The notes beneath the pieces are model-generated. The model searched no databases. It saw only the letters and a program-made list of their open reading frames with translations, and had not been told where the DNA came from. DNA of 64,000 nucleotides from a virus (Duplodnaviria; Heunggongvirae; Uroviricota; Caudoviricetes), in IMG/VR virus record IMGVR_UViG_3300045972_000219. The stretch is one strand, 5' to 3'. This document shows, one piece after another, positions 47,160 through 55,771 of this stretch. The translations under genes were made by a program, and so were the position numbers. Within the stretch, counting starts at the first letter, position 1, and each line of letters starts with the position of its first letter.

Positions 47160-48238
47160 TGTCAAATCTTAATAGTTTTATCCCTAGTGACATACCAATA
47201 GGTACAATTTTAGATATGATAAATATTCCATCTGATGGAAAGTATTTACATGTAGGATCATTAGTGTCTAGAGCATCATATCCTGAGTTGAGTACAGCAT
47301 TTCCTCATCCTAAGATGAGTGGTCCTGGAGGTGGTTCTGATGTATGGATACAAAGAACAACGCCTTTAGCAGCTAACTGGTTTGTATGCTATGGTAATGG
47401 ATTATTTGTAGCTGCAGGCGGCAGTAGTAATAACATAGCGATTACTTCACCTGACGGTATTACATGGACACAAAGGACATTACCTGCAACAGCTAACTGG
47501 AGTTGTGTAAATTATGGTAACGGAATATTTGTTGCATTAGCTTATTCATCAGCAAATATAGCAACTTCAACTGATGGTATTACATGGACACAGAGAACAT
47601 TACCTACACTATATACAACAGCTAACTATTCAGTATGTTATGGTAATGGGTTATTTGTAGCTATGGGTAGTTCATTTAATAGTCAATATGCAACTTCACC
47701 TGATGGTATTACATGGACTGCAAGAACGATGCCATCAAATGCTAATTGGGCTACCGTGGTTTATGGTAATGGATTATTTATAGCAATTGGAGGTAGTTCT
47801 AGTATTGCAACTTCAACTGATGGTATTACTTGGACTCAAAGATCGTTGCCTGTAAGCGCTATTTGGATTTCATTATGTTATGGTAATGGATTATTTGTAG
47901 CTATAAGTAATAATAATACTATATCAATTACTTCACCTGATGGTATTACATGGACACAAGGAACATTACCTGTAAGTGCGGGATGGCGTAGTGTAAGCTA
48001 TGGTAATGGATTATTTGTAGCTGTAGCATCTAACACTAATATAGCAGTTACCTCAACTGATGGTATTACATGGATACAAAGAACATTACCAGTAACTACA
48101 TTTTGGTATTCTATATGCTACGGAAATAAATTATTTGTAACATTAGATAATACTACTATTAGTGCAACTATGTCTGTAGGTGATTCTACAGTTATGAAAT
48201 TAGGTTCAGGTTCAGGATATATGAAAGTTAAAAATTAA
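47159..48238 (+). CDS. tail-collar-like beta-propeller protein (paralogue 3)
   Basis: SRASYPELSTAFPHPK, seven propeller repeats, C-terminal VMKLGSGSGYMKVK. Confidence 0.8.
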   Translation: MSNLNSFIPSDIPIGTILDMINIPSDGKYLHVGSLVSRASYPELSTAFPHPKMSGPGGGSDVWIQRTTPLAANWFVCYGNGLFVAAGGSSNNIAITSPDGITWTQRTLPATANWSCVNYGNGIFVALAYSSANIATSTDGITWTQRTLPTLYTTANYSVCYGNGLFVAMGSSFNSQYATSPDGITWTARTMPSNANWATVVYGNGLFIAIGGSSSIATSTDGITWTQRSLPVSAIWISLCYGNGLFVAISNNNTISITSPDGITWTQGTLPVSAGWRSVSYGNGLFVAVASNTNIAVTSTDGITWIQRTLPVTTFWYSICYGNKLFVTLDNTTISATMSVGDSTVMKLGSGSGYMKVKN

Positions 48239-48250
48239 AGGAGATTATAT

Positions 48251-48700
48251 ATGCAACTTCATGAATTTGATGTTTTAGGGCTATATGTTGGTAGTACAGA
48301 TGAAGGAATTTTACCTCATGCTCGTTTTTCATCTATTTACGTACCAGAGTATGATGCATTAACTGAGATTCCACTTTTTACACACACTGAATGGAAAATA
48401 ATCCCACTAACTGAAGCTAATGAAATGAGAGATGCTTATCAAACATCATTAAGTAATGTAGTTCAATCTAAACCTACGCAGTATTCTAAAGTTGATTTTA
48501 TGTCATTGTTTACACCTACTGAAATGGTAGCTATATATACTGCTGCAAAAACTGATGTAGAAGTAGAAATATTTCTAGATTTTATGAAAGCTTCAGATTA
48601 TATTAATACTATGGATCAAAGAACTAAAGACTCAGTTGCAGCTTTAGAAACTAAAGCATTGATTGCAGATGGTCGTACTGCCGAAATCTTAGGTCAATAA
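48251..48700 (+). CDS. tail fibre assembly chaperone-like protein
   Basis: Tfa-like N-terminus (GLYVG..P..S..VP...F...EW); DFMSLFTPTE..A..TDVEV...D...GR..EIL typical of fibre-adjacent chaperones. Confidence 0.6.
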   Translation: MQLHEFDVLGLYVGSTDEGILPHARFSSIYVPEYDALTEIPLFTHTEWKIIPLTEANEMRDAYQTSLSNVVQSKPTQYSKVDFMSLFTPTEMVAIYTAAKTDVEVEIFLDFMKASDYINTMDQRTKDSVAALETKALIADGRTAEILGQ

Positions 48701-48706
48701 TTATTC

Positions 48707-48745
48707 AATAGCGTGCATCCTCTCATATGGAGGATGCACGCTATT
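48707..48745 (+). terminator. 16-bp hairpin followed by a late-type promoter
   Basis: AATAGCGTGCATCCTC/GAGGATGCACGCTATT; AACA-ATTCAT-TA at 48749-48760. Confidence 0.65.
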
Positions 48746-48786
48746 TTAAACAATTCATTAGTAAATTAATGAAGTAGGGGTATCTT

Positions 48787-51700
48787 ATGAGAACTCAAGT
48801 TAGAGGTGGTCAGGTATTAAATGCTTCTATACAAAAAGAGGATTTAGATGTTTCAACTAGTGGTAGTGCAGTTATCACTAAAGTAATTGCAGGTACAGGC
48901 ATTACCTTATCCAGTACGGGAATTGACGTTGGAACTGGTGATGTGACTATAAATGTTCCTAATGTTCATACTCATACTAATCTTGCAGCACTAGCACTAG
49001 TATCTGGTGTGAATACTGGCGATTATATACATCCTGCAACTCATCCTCCATCAGTAATTGCAGATGATCCTGATAATCGTTTTGTCACAGATGCAGATAA
49101 GCAAGCATGGTATGGTAAAGAAACTGCAGGTACAGCAGTTGCTATTAATGGAGCACATATTGCTATGTTTAATCATAGTGATATTGCACATGTAAATAGA
49201 TCTGCATTAGATTTGGTATCAGGTACTAATACTGGTGATCAAACAGATATTACTGGTAATGCAGGGTCTGCAACTATTCTGCAAAATGCAAGAAATATTA
49301 ACAATGTATCTTTTAATGGGTCTGCAAATATTACAATATATGATAATACTAAAGAGCCGATACTTACCGCAGGTACAGCTACACAATATTATCGTGGTGA
49401 TAAGACTTGGCAAACCTTGAATGCTACTGCTGTTGGTTTAAACTTAGTAAACAATACTGCAGATGCTAGTAAGAACGTATTATCTGCAACTAAATTTACT
49501 ACTGCTAGAACTATTAATGGTGTTTCATTCAATGGTACAGCCAATATAACTATTGCTGATGCAACCAAAGAGCCAGTATTAACTGCAGGTGTTGCAGCAC
49601 AGTATTATCGTGGTGATAAAACTTGGCGTACATTAGATAAGATTGCAGTTGGATTGGCTAATGTTGATAATACTGCTGATGTGAATAAAAGTGTAGCATC
49701 TGCAGCACAACTAACTACAGCTAGAACTATTAATGGAGTTCCATTTGATGGAACAGCTAATATAACTCTTAATGCAGTAGATAGTGTTACACCTAGAATT
49801 GCATCATCTTTAATGGGCGTAGCTAATGGTGTTGCGACTCTTGATGCTTCAGGTGCCATTCCTTCATCTCAATTACCTTCATTTGTAGATGATGTGTTAG
49901 AGTTTGCAGATTTAGCATCATTACCTACTACTGGTGAAGCTGGTAAGATATATATTGCGTTAGATACTAATAAAGCATATAGATGGTCAGGAACCACATA
50001 TGTATATATTACTTCAGGAGCAGTAGACTCTGTTGCAGGTAAGACAGGAATTATTATTTTAGATAAAACAGATGTTGGATTGTCTAATGTTAATAATACT
50101 GCTGATGTAAATAAAGTAGTATTGTCTGCATCTAAGCTAACTGCAGCTAGAAATATAAATGGTATTCCTTTTGATGGAACATCTAATATTACTATAGCTG
50201 ATAATACAAAAGAGATGTTTGTTAACTCAGGGTTATCATCTCAATATTATCGTGGTGATAAGACTTGGCAGACATTAGATAAATCAGTAGTAGGATTATC
50301 TAATGTTGACAATACTGCAGATTCTGCAAAGAATGTATTGTCTGCAACTAAATTTACTACTGCACGTAATATAAATGGAGTATCATTTAATGGTACGGCT
50401 GATATTACAATTATAGATGCAACAAAAGAACCAGCTATCTCTCTAGGTATAAATAATCAATATTATCGTGGTGATAAGACTTGGCAGACATTAGATAAAT
50501 CAGTAGTAGGATTATCTAATGTTGACAATACTGCAGATGTAAGTAAATTAGTTCTTTCTGCATCCAAATTAACTACTCCAAGATCCATTAATGGAATATC
50601 GTTTGATGGTACAGCTAACATCACTATATCTGATAGTACCAAAGAACCAGCTATCAGCATTGGAACCGCAGGACAATATTATCGTGGTGATAAGACTTGG
50701 GCTACTTATGACAAGGCATCGATAGGATTATCTAATGTTGATAATATAGCTGATGTGAATAAAGCAGTTTTGTCTGCAACTAAATTAGCTACAGTTAGAA
50801 CTATCAACGGAGTTTCATTTGATGGTACAGCTAATATCACTATTAATGCAGTAGACTCTTCACCAAGAGTACCTTGGACTTCTGTAGGTGCTCCTAATGG
50901 TGTAGCATCATTAGATGCAACAGGTCTAATTCCATCTTCACAACTTCCATCATTTGTAGATGATGTATTAGAATATGCTAATTTAGCTACATTTCCAGCT
51001 ACAGGATCTAATGGTAAGATATATGTTGCAATAGACACTAATAAGACATATAGGTGGTCAGGCAGTGCATATGTATATATTACTTCAGGTGCAGTAGATT
51101 CTGTTGCAGGTAAAACAGGAATTGTTACTCTTGTCAAAGCAGATGTAGGTCTAGGTAGTGTAGATAATACTGCAGATGCTAGTAAGAACGTATTATCTGC
51201 AACTAAATTGACTACTGCTAGAACTATTAATGGTGTTTCATTTGATGGTTCGATAAATATTACAATTGCTGATTCAACAAAGGAACCATCAATTACTGTA
51301 GGATTATCTACACAGTATTGGAGGGGTGATAAGACTTGGCAGACACTAGATAAGAATACTATAGCTCTTAATAACGTTGATAATACTGCAGATAATGTTA
51401 AAAGTGTTATGTCTGCAGGTAAGTTAACTACAGCTAGAACTATCAATGGAATTTCATTTGACGGTACAGCCAATATAGTTATTAATGCTGTAGATTCAAC
51501 ATCTCGTGAACCATCAATTGCTGCAGGTTTATCTACGCAATATTGGAGGGGTGATAAGACTTGGCAGACATTAGATAAAGGGACTATAGGACTATCTAAT
51601 GTTGATAATATATCTGATGTAGATAAACCAATATCTACACTTGTTCAAACTGAATTAGATCTTAAATCTGCAACAGGACATAAACATGTAGTATCAGATA

Positions 51701-52107
51701 TTACAGACACTATAGCTCTAAAGTATACTAAGTCTACAACACAAGCATTATCTTCAAATACTGCAACTAAATTAACATTCCCTACAGTAGTTCATAACTT
51801 TGGAAATTGCTGGACTACGACTGCCCCTATAGATAGATTTATACCACCTGTAGCTATTTCAGTAGGTATTTATCGTGTAGCATGCCAAATAAGGTTTACT
51901 TCAACTGCAACTGGATGGTTGGCTATTTATAAAAATGGAGTGTTGCATCAAAAACTAGATGATCGTGGTATCAATATGACTATGTTTTCAGGATATACTG
52001 ATATAAATCTAGTTGCAACCGACTATTTAGAGATATATGCACAAACAACAGCAGCGAGAACAATACAGGTTATAGATTCTTATATTCAAATTTCAAGTAT
52101 ATACTAA
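48787..52107 (+). CDS. repeat-rich tail fibre protein
   Basis: Repeated ~72-aa units (TARTING.SF.G.ANITI..KEP....QYYRGDKTWQTLDK..VGL.NVDNTAD) and two SQLPSFVDDVLE..GKIY.A.DTNK.YRWSG modules. Confidence 0.85.
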   Translation: MRTQVRGGQVLNASIQKEDLDVSTSGSAVITKVIAGTGITLSSTGIDVGTGDVTINVPNVHTHTNLAALALVSGVNTGDYIHPATHPPSVIADDPDNRFVTDADKQAWYGKETAGTAVAINGAHIAMFNHSDIAHVNRSALDLVSGTNTGDQTDITGNAGSATILQNARNINNVSFNGSANITIYDNTKEPILTAGTATQYYRGDKTWQTLNATAVGLNLVNNTADASKNVLSATKFTTARTINGVSFNGTANITIADATKEPVLTAGVAAQYYRGDKTWRTLDKIAVGLANVDNTADVNKSVASAAQLTTARTINGVPFDGTANITLNAVDSVTPRIASSLMGVANGVATLDASGAIPSSQLPSFVDDVLEFADLASLPTTGEAGKIYIALDTNKAYRWSGTTYVYITSGAVDSVAGKTGIIILDKTDVGLSNVNNTADVNKVVLSASKLTAARNINGIPFDGTSNITIADNTKEMFVNSGLSSQYYRGDKTWQTLDKSVVGLSNVDNTADSAKNVLSATKFTTARNINGVSFNGTADITIIDATKEPAISLGINNQYYRGDKTWQTLDKSVVGLSNVDNTADVSKLVLSASKLTTPRSINGISFDGTANITISDSTKEPAISIGTAGQYYRGDKTWATYDKASIGLSNVDNIADVNKAVLSATKLATVRTINGVSFDGTANITINAVDSSPRVPWTSVGAPNGVASLDATGLIPSSQLPSFVDDVLEYANLATFPATGSNGKIYVAIDTNKTYRWSGSAYVYITSGAVDSVAGKTGIVTLVKADVGLGSVDNTADASKNVLSATKLTTARTINGVSFDGSINITIADSTKEPSITVGLSTQYWRGDKTWQTLDKNTIALNNVDNTADNVKSVMSAGKLTTARTINGISFDGTANIVINAVDSTSREPSIAAGLSTQYWRGDKTWQTLDKGTIGLSNVDNISDVDKPISTLVQTELDLKSATGHKHVVSDITDTIALKYTKSTTQALSSNTATKLTFPTVVHNFGNCWTTTAPIDRFIPPVAISVGIYRVACQIRFTSTATGWLAIYKNGVLHQKLDDRGINMTMFSGYTDINLVATDYLEIYAQTTAARTIQVIDSYIQISSIY
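50241..50538 (+). repeat. 82-bp perfect direct repeat (50241-50322 and 50457-50538) within the fibre gene
   Basis: TCAATATTATCGTGGTGATAAGACTTGGCAGACATTAGATAAATCAGTAGTAGGATTATCTAATGTTGACAATACTGCAGAT occurs twice, 216 nt apart. Confidence 0.9.
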
Positions 52108-52120
52108 CTAGGGGATGCTT

Positions 52121-52705
52121 ATGCAAAATGTAGATTATTCAGGATGTATACTCAAAGCTTACCCAGCTGCAACTATTCGGGACTTTGAACTTGTAGATAT
52201 AGATGGAATTATATCTATATCTTATTGGAACTTAGATAAATTAGGAGCACAACCAAGCTTAGAAGATTTAGAGTTACATCAATGGCTTGGAGTGGTAAAA
52301 AAAGTAGCACTTAATGATATTAAAGAGGTTAGACAGTTAGGTCTTGATAGAGTGGCTAGAAGTTCCGGTATTCTATCTGTTTATCAGGCTAATTATGAGG
52401 CTTCAATTAATGTTATTAATGGTCAAGGTACAATTTTAACTAAGACAGGTATGACTAGTCATGACTACTGTTTAGGATTTGCAAAAAATCTAGGTATGAC
52501 AGTAGAGCAATTTGCACAGTATATAGTAAATGAGAATGTAAGAATGGGTCCAACTGCATATCAGATAGAAAGACGTTATTTAGCATTAACATATGGTGGT
52601 GATTCCGAACTTGGTATTACTCCAATTAATATGATAGATAGTGTGGATCATGTACAAACTGCAGCTAGTACTTATAGAAAATTCTGTCTAGGAGATGAAG
52701 CATGA
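52121..52705 (+). CDS. XkdW-like fibre-associated chaperone
   Basis: N-terminal ILKAYP....DFEL.D.DG..I..WN..L..QPS.E.L pattern; follows a fibre gene. Confidence 0.55.
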   Translation: MQNVDYSGCILKAYPAATIRDFELVDIDGIISISYWNLDKLGAQPSLEDLELHQWLGVVKKVALNDIKEVRQLGLDRVARSSGILSVYQANYEASINVINGQGTILTKTGMTSHDYCLGFAKNLGMTVEQFAQYIVNENVRMGPTAYQIERRYLALTYGGDSELGITPINMIDSVDHVQTAASTYRKFCLGDEA

Positions 52706-53217
52706 TAAGACTACAGCCATTTGATGTAGTGGTAGTTGATGGACTTTGGTATATGCCTCATCATTGGATGATTAAGTGGAGATCTTTAGAGAATGCATCT
52801 CATTGTGCAACTATACGTACTCCACAGGGAGAGATATATAATCCTGTATTTGAAAAAGTGAAAATGGAAAATATATCTCATTATTTTGGTAGGGTAGTAT
52901 CTATTCATAGGTACAACCAACCATTCGACTATGAAAAATTAGTTGCATGGGGAGATAACAAAGTTAAAACACAGGCAGGATATGACTTTTGGAATCAATG
53001 GATTTTCGGTTTCGTATTAGGTGTTACTGATAGTATTGCTGATTGTGAAGATAGATGGACATGTGCTGAATTTCCATATTGGGCGTTTCAGGATAATAGT
53101 CTTAAACTTACATCTAAAGATGAGAGATGTCCACTACCTAGATTATTTAGGTATAATGATGACTTTACACTCTTATTCAATGGTCTATTAACAGAAAAGG
53201 TTGTTGATCTATCTTAA
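52702..53217 (+). CDS. permuted papain-like NlpC/P60 (YiiX/YaeF-type) enzyme
   Basis: QPFDVVV, SHCA (His first), GYDF, RWTCAEF (Cys later): the circularly permuted catalytic order. Confidence 0.8.
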   Translation: MIRLQPFDVVVVDGLWYMPHHWMIKWRSLENASHCATIRTPQGEIYNPVFEKVKMENISHYFGRVVSIHRYNQPFDYEKLVAWGDNKVKTQAGYDFWNQWIFGFVLGVTDSIADCEDRWTCAEFPYWAFQDNSLKLTSKDERCPLPRLFRYNDDFTLLFNGLLTEKVVDLS

Positions 53218-53225
53218 AAAAAAAA

Positions 53226-53257
53226 AGACGCTACACTCTTAATTGAGTGTAGCGTCT
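53226..53257. terminator. bidirectional hairpin between convergent genes
   Basis: AGACGCTACACTC-TTAATT-GAGTGTAGCGTCT with an upstream A-run. Confidence 0.75.
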
Positions 53258-53259
53258 GT

Positions 53260-53571
53260 TTAATCTAGAATGTACCCGATATTCTCACCAGTAAGTATGA
53301 AATGTGCAAAACAACGTGGGTTGCACCTCATACTCATCCTGAGAATTGTTTTCTCAGAATTTAGGAAATATTTTGTCTTATACGGTGGGTTCGTTAGATC
53401 TAGGTAGTGATTTCCTGTCAAACTTAGATGATTAATATAATCAGTCTTACTCAATATACATACATAACTAATGTCCTCAAATTCTCCTCTATCAATAATA
53501 TTTTGAACTACACTCTGGATTGCTTCGTTTTTAACATTCTTAATGTCTCGTTTATTATTTAGTATTTTCAT
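53260..53571 (-). CDS. hypothetical protein (probable early gene)
   Basis: GGAGG RBS, GATATTATATAAT motif at 53584-53596, own terminator. Confidence 0.65.
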   Translation of the reverse strand: MKILNNKRDIKNVKNEAIQSVVQNIIDRGEFEDISYVCILSKTDYINHLSLTGNHYLDLTNPPYKTKYFLNSEKTILRMSMRCNPRCFAHFILTGENIGYILD

Positions 53572-53603
53572 AACTCCTCCTTAATTATATAATATCTAAA
53601 TGA

Positions 53604-53633
53604 AACCCATACCTCAATTAAGAGGTATGGGTT
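53604..53633 (-). terminator. hairpin after the holin-like gene
   Basis: AACCCATACCTC-AATTAA-GAGGTATGGGTT. Confidence 0.7.
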
Positions 53634-53637
53634 ATTT

Positions 53638-53934
53638 TCATTTAATTATAGAATCAACAACAGTTGGATTTTTCAATGCCCATTTTACTATAGCAATTGC
53701 CCATCCAATAATAGGTGGTATGACTGTAGCAGCAACAATACCAATAGTTACAAACAAACCAAATTTAACTTTAAGTGTATTAGACTCTAGCTGCATTTTT
53801 ACTAATTTATCTTGAATACTTTGGAGCATTACACCATGCTCTCTCAGCTTTTCTAGTACAAATTTAGCAGATGAAGACCACTTATAATCTTCATTTACTT
53901 CGGGAATTTCCTCATCTTCATTACGTCTACTCAT
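53638..53934 (-). CDS. holin-like/XhlA-like small membrane protein
   Basis: WSSSAKFVLEKL, coiled coil, then one C-terminal TM (FGLFVTIGIVAATVIPPIIGWAIAIV). Confidence 0.5.
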   Translation of the reverse strand: MSRRNEDEEIPEVNEDYKWSSSAKFVLEKLREHGVMLQSIQDKLVKMQLESNTLKVKFGLFVTIGIVAATVIPPIIGWAIAIVKWALKNPTVVDSIIK

Positions 53935-55316
53935 TGGATAACATCCCCCTTGAATTGGCGTTGGAGGATTTCTGGTAGTCTTCCATCCATTGAATAATTT
54001 TTCATTAAATAATTCAATAATCTTTCTTCAGCAGGTACTAAGATATCCTTACAATTTTGACTCTCACATCTAAGTTTATTAGTATCACTCAATGCTTTAA
54101 GTACTGAACAAATTTCTTGTAAAAAATCTAAGTTAGAGTAACCAAAGGTAACTGTTCCCACAAAGTATTCATCATGATCAAGTAAGGGAGCCATAATGAC
54201 TCGGATAGAAGTGTAGTCATTATATAATATACCATCCTCTATAAAAATTGAAGGCTGAAGAGTTTCTATTATCTTACGTTTAGCAATAACGCAATTATTA
54301 CCAAATGAACCACATACACCTCTATCAGAGTTCATTTCAATAATTTCTTCCATAGTCATACCAATAGCTTTATGTCTATTGACTTTTAAGAAATTAGCAG
54401 CATATTGATTAAGAAGTGTGATTTTATCTTCAGCATCTCGTATGATAATAATATTAGGTATAGTATTTATAATTCTACTTAATAATGAACTAGTTTCTTT
54501 ATGATCATGATCAATATGCATTATTTCAATTTCTTTTTCAGTTAGAAGTTCTTGATATCTAGATAATTCTTCCTGAGTGTGAGATAGACCGTGGAATATT
54601 TCTTTTATTTCATCTATCTTATCATCAGGATTCTTAAAGAATTTAATATCTGCAACTTTAATAGTTATGTATATAAGAACTATAAATATTGCTATTATAA
54701 GTCCCATATAAATATACTGAAATTTAAATAATATTGAAAACTCTTTCATTGCATCGGCTTCAGAAATTGATTGAATCAGAACTACTTTATAACGTGTATT
54801 ATCAGTTGTATTGATATAATTTGAAACAGTAGATGGTATTACTTTCCATTCAACCCATCTTTTTCCATCATAACCCAACCAACTTAAATTCTGCTCTGAA
54901 TCATTACCAGACATTATAGAGTTGATAAGTAATTCATGATTAATATTGTATTCTTTTAATACACTAGATAACGATTTACCTTCATATTGAGGGGAGTTAT
55001 TGGAGTCATGTATAATTTTACCAGTTGTATCAAGTAACACAGCAAACATTATACTTGAATTACCCGAAGTTTTTTGTAAGGCAGTATGATTGAGAATTTT
55101 TGATAAATCACTATAACTAATTGTAGTGTCATTACCATGATACTCTTTTATTTCTTCTTGAATAATATTTGCTGCAGTGACTAAATTTATTTTAGCTTGG
55201 TTTCTAGCACTATATTCTACTGAAGTAGATAGTATTTGGTTGAATAGATTCTCAGTGAATAATATGACTACACATACGGATAAGTATGCCAGTATTTGAA
55301 ATATTCGATAATTCAT
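53931..55316 (-). CDS. membrane sensor: TM, Cache-like domain, TM, coiled coil, PAS; no output domain
   Basis: TM1 near the N-terminus, FAVLLDTTGKIIHDS, TM2 (YMGLIIAIFIVLIYITI), PAS (IINTIPNIIIIRDAEDKITLLNQYA...IG.T.EEI; APLLDHDEYFVGTVTF); only ~55 aa follow the PAS. Confidence 0.8.
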   Translation of the reverse strand: MNYRIFQILAYLSVCVVILFTENLFNQILSTSVEYSARNQAKINLVTAANIIQEEIKEYHGNDTTISYSDLSKILNHTALQKTSGNSSIMFAVLLDTTGKIIHDSNNSPQYEGKSLSSVLKEYNINHELLINSIMSGNDSEQNLSWLGYDGKRWVEWKVIPSTVSNYINTTDNTRYKVVLIQSISEADAMKEFSILFKFQYIYMGLIIAIFIVLIYITIKVADIKFFKNPDDKIDEIKEIFHGLSHTQEELSRYQELLTEKEIEIMHIDHDHKETSSLLSRIINTIPNIIIIRDAEDKITLLNQYAANFLKVNRHKAIGMTMEEIIEMNSDRGVCGSFGNNCVIAKRKIIETLQPSIFIEDGILYNDYTSIRVIMAPLLDHDEYFVGTVTFGYSNLDFLQEICSVLKALSDTNKLRCESQNCKDILVPAEERLLNYLMKNYSMDGRLPEILQRQFKGDVIQ

Positions 55317-55354
55317 GTTAAACCTCCTAATAAACTGTTACACTTATATATAAT

Positions 55355-55390
55355 AAAGAATCCACTACCATAGTTGGTAGTGGATTCTTT
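55355..55390 (-). terminator. 16-bp hairpin
   Basis: AAAGAATCCACTACCA-TAGT-TGGTAGTGGATTCTTT. Confidence 0.7.
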
Positions 55391-55391
55391 A

Positions 55392-55700
55392 TTATTGCGG
55401 TTTATGAATTATGTAATGACTTGCTTTTGATTCTAGTTTTTCCAAATCACTAATGTACTTATTCATACCCTTCATAGCTACAGCTCGCTGTTCTGGATCT
55501 TTGAAATATTCACTAGGACTTTCTTTAACTCTTTGAGCAGTACCTAACTCAAGCTTTATAGTAGTTACTAGTCTATTACGATCATTTTCATTTCTTACAT
55601 TTTCAAGTCTGTGATATAATGACTGAATATGATCGTTATATGATGTCATTTGTTTTACATGTTCTAGTTCACTTGTATGATTTTCAAATGCAGGTAGCAT
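55392..55700 (-). CDS. hypothetical helical protein
   Basis: 102 aa ORF. Confidence 0.5.
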   Translation of the reverse strand: MLPAFENHTSELEHVKQMTSYNDHIQSLYHRLENVRNENDRNRLVTTIKLELGTAQRVKESPSEYFKDPEQRAVAMKGMNKYISDLEKLESKASHYIIHKPQ

Positions 55701-55771
55701 AGATTTTACCCTACGTACAATAGCATCTGTTAAACTGTAATTATCATGACCAAGAGCATTTATTTCTTCAC

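Noticed and set aside
45834-48238. Regularly spaced ~26-nt DNA repeats (ACTTCACCTGATGGTATTACATGGAC) about every 120 nt, resembling a CRISPR array
   Set aside because: They are in-frame codons for the SPDGITWT propeller blades, the spacers are homologous to each other, and no cas genes or leader are present.
36206-52107. Possible diversity-generating retroelement acting on fibre or propeller genes
   Set aside because: No reverse transcriptase in the window and no template/variable repeat pair differing only at adenines was seen; one elsewhere in the genome cannot be excluded.
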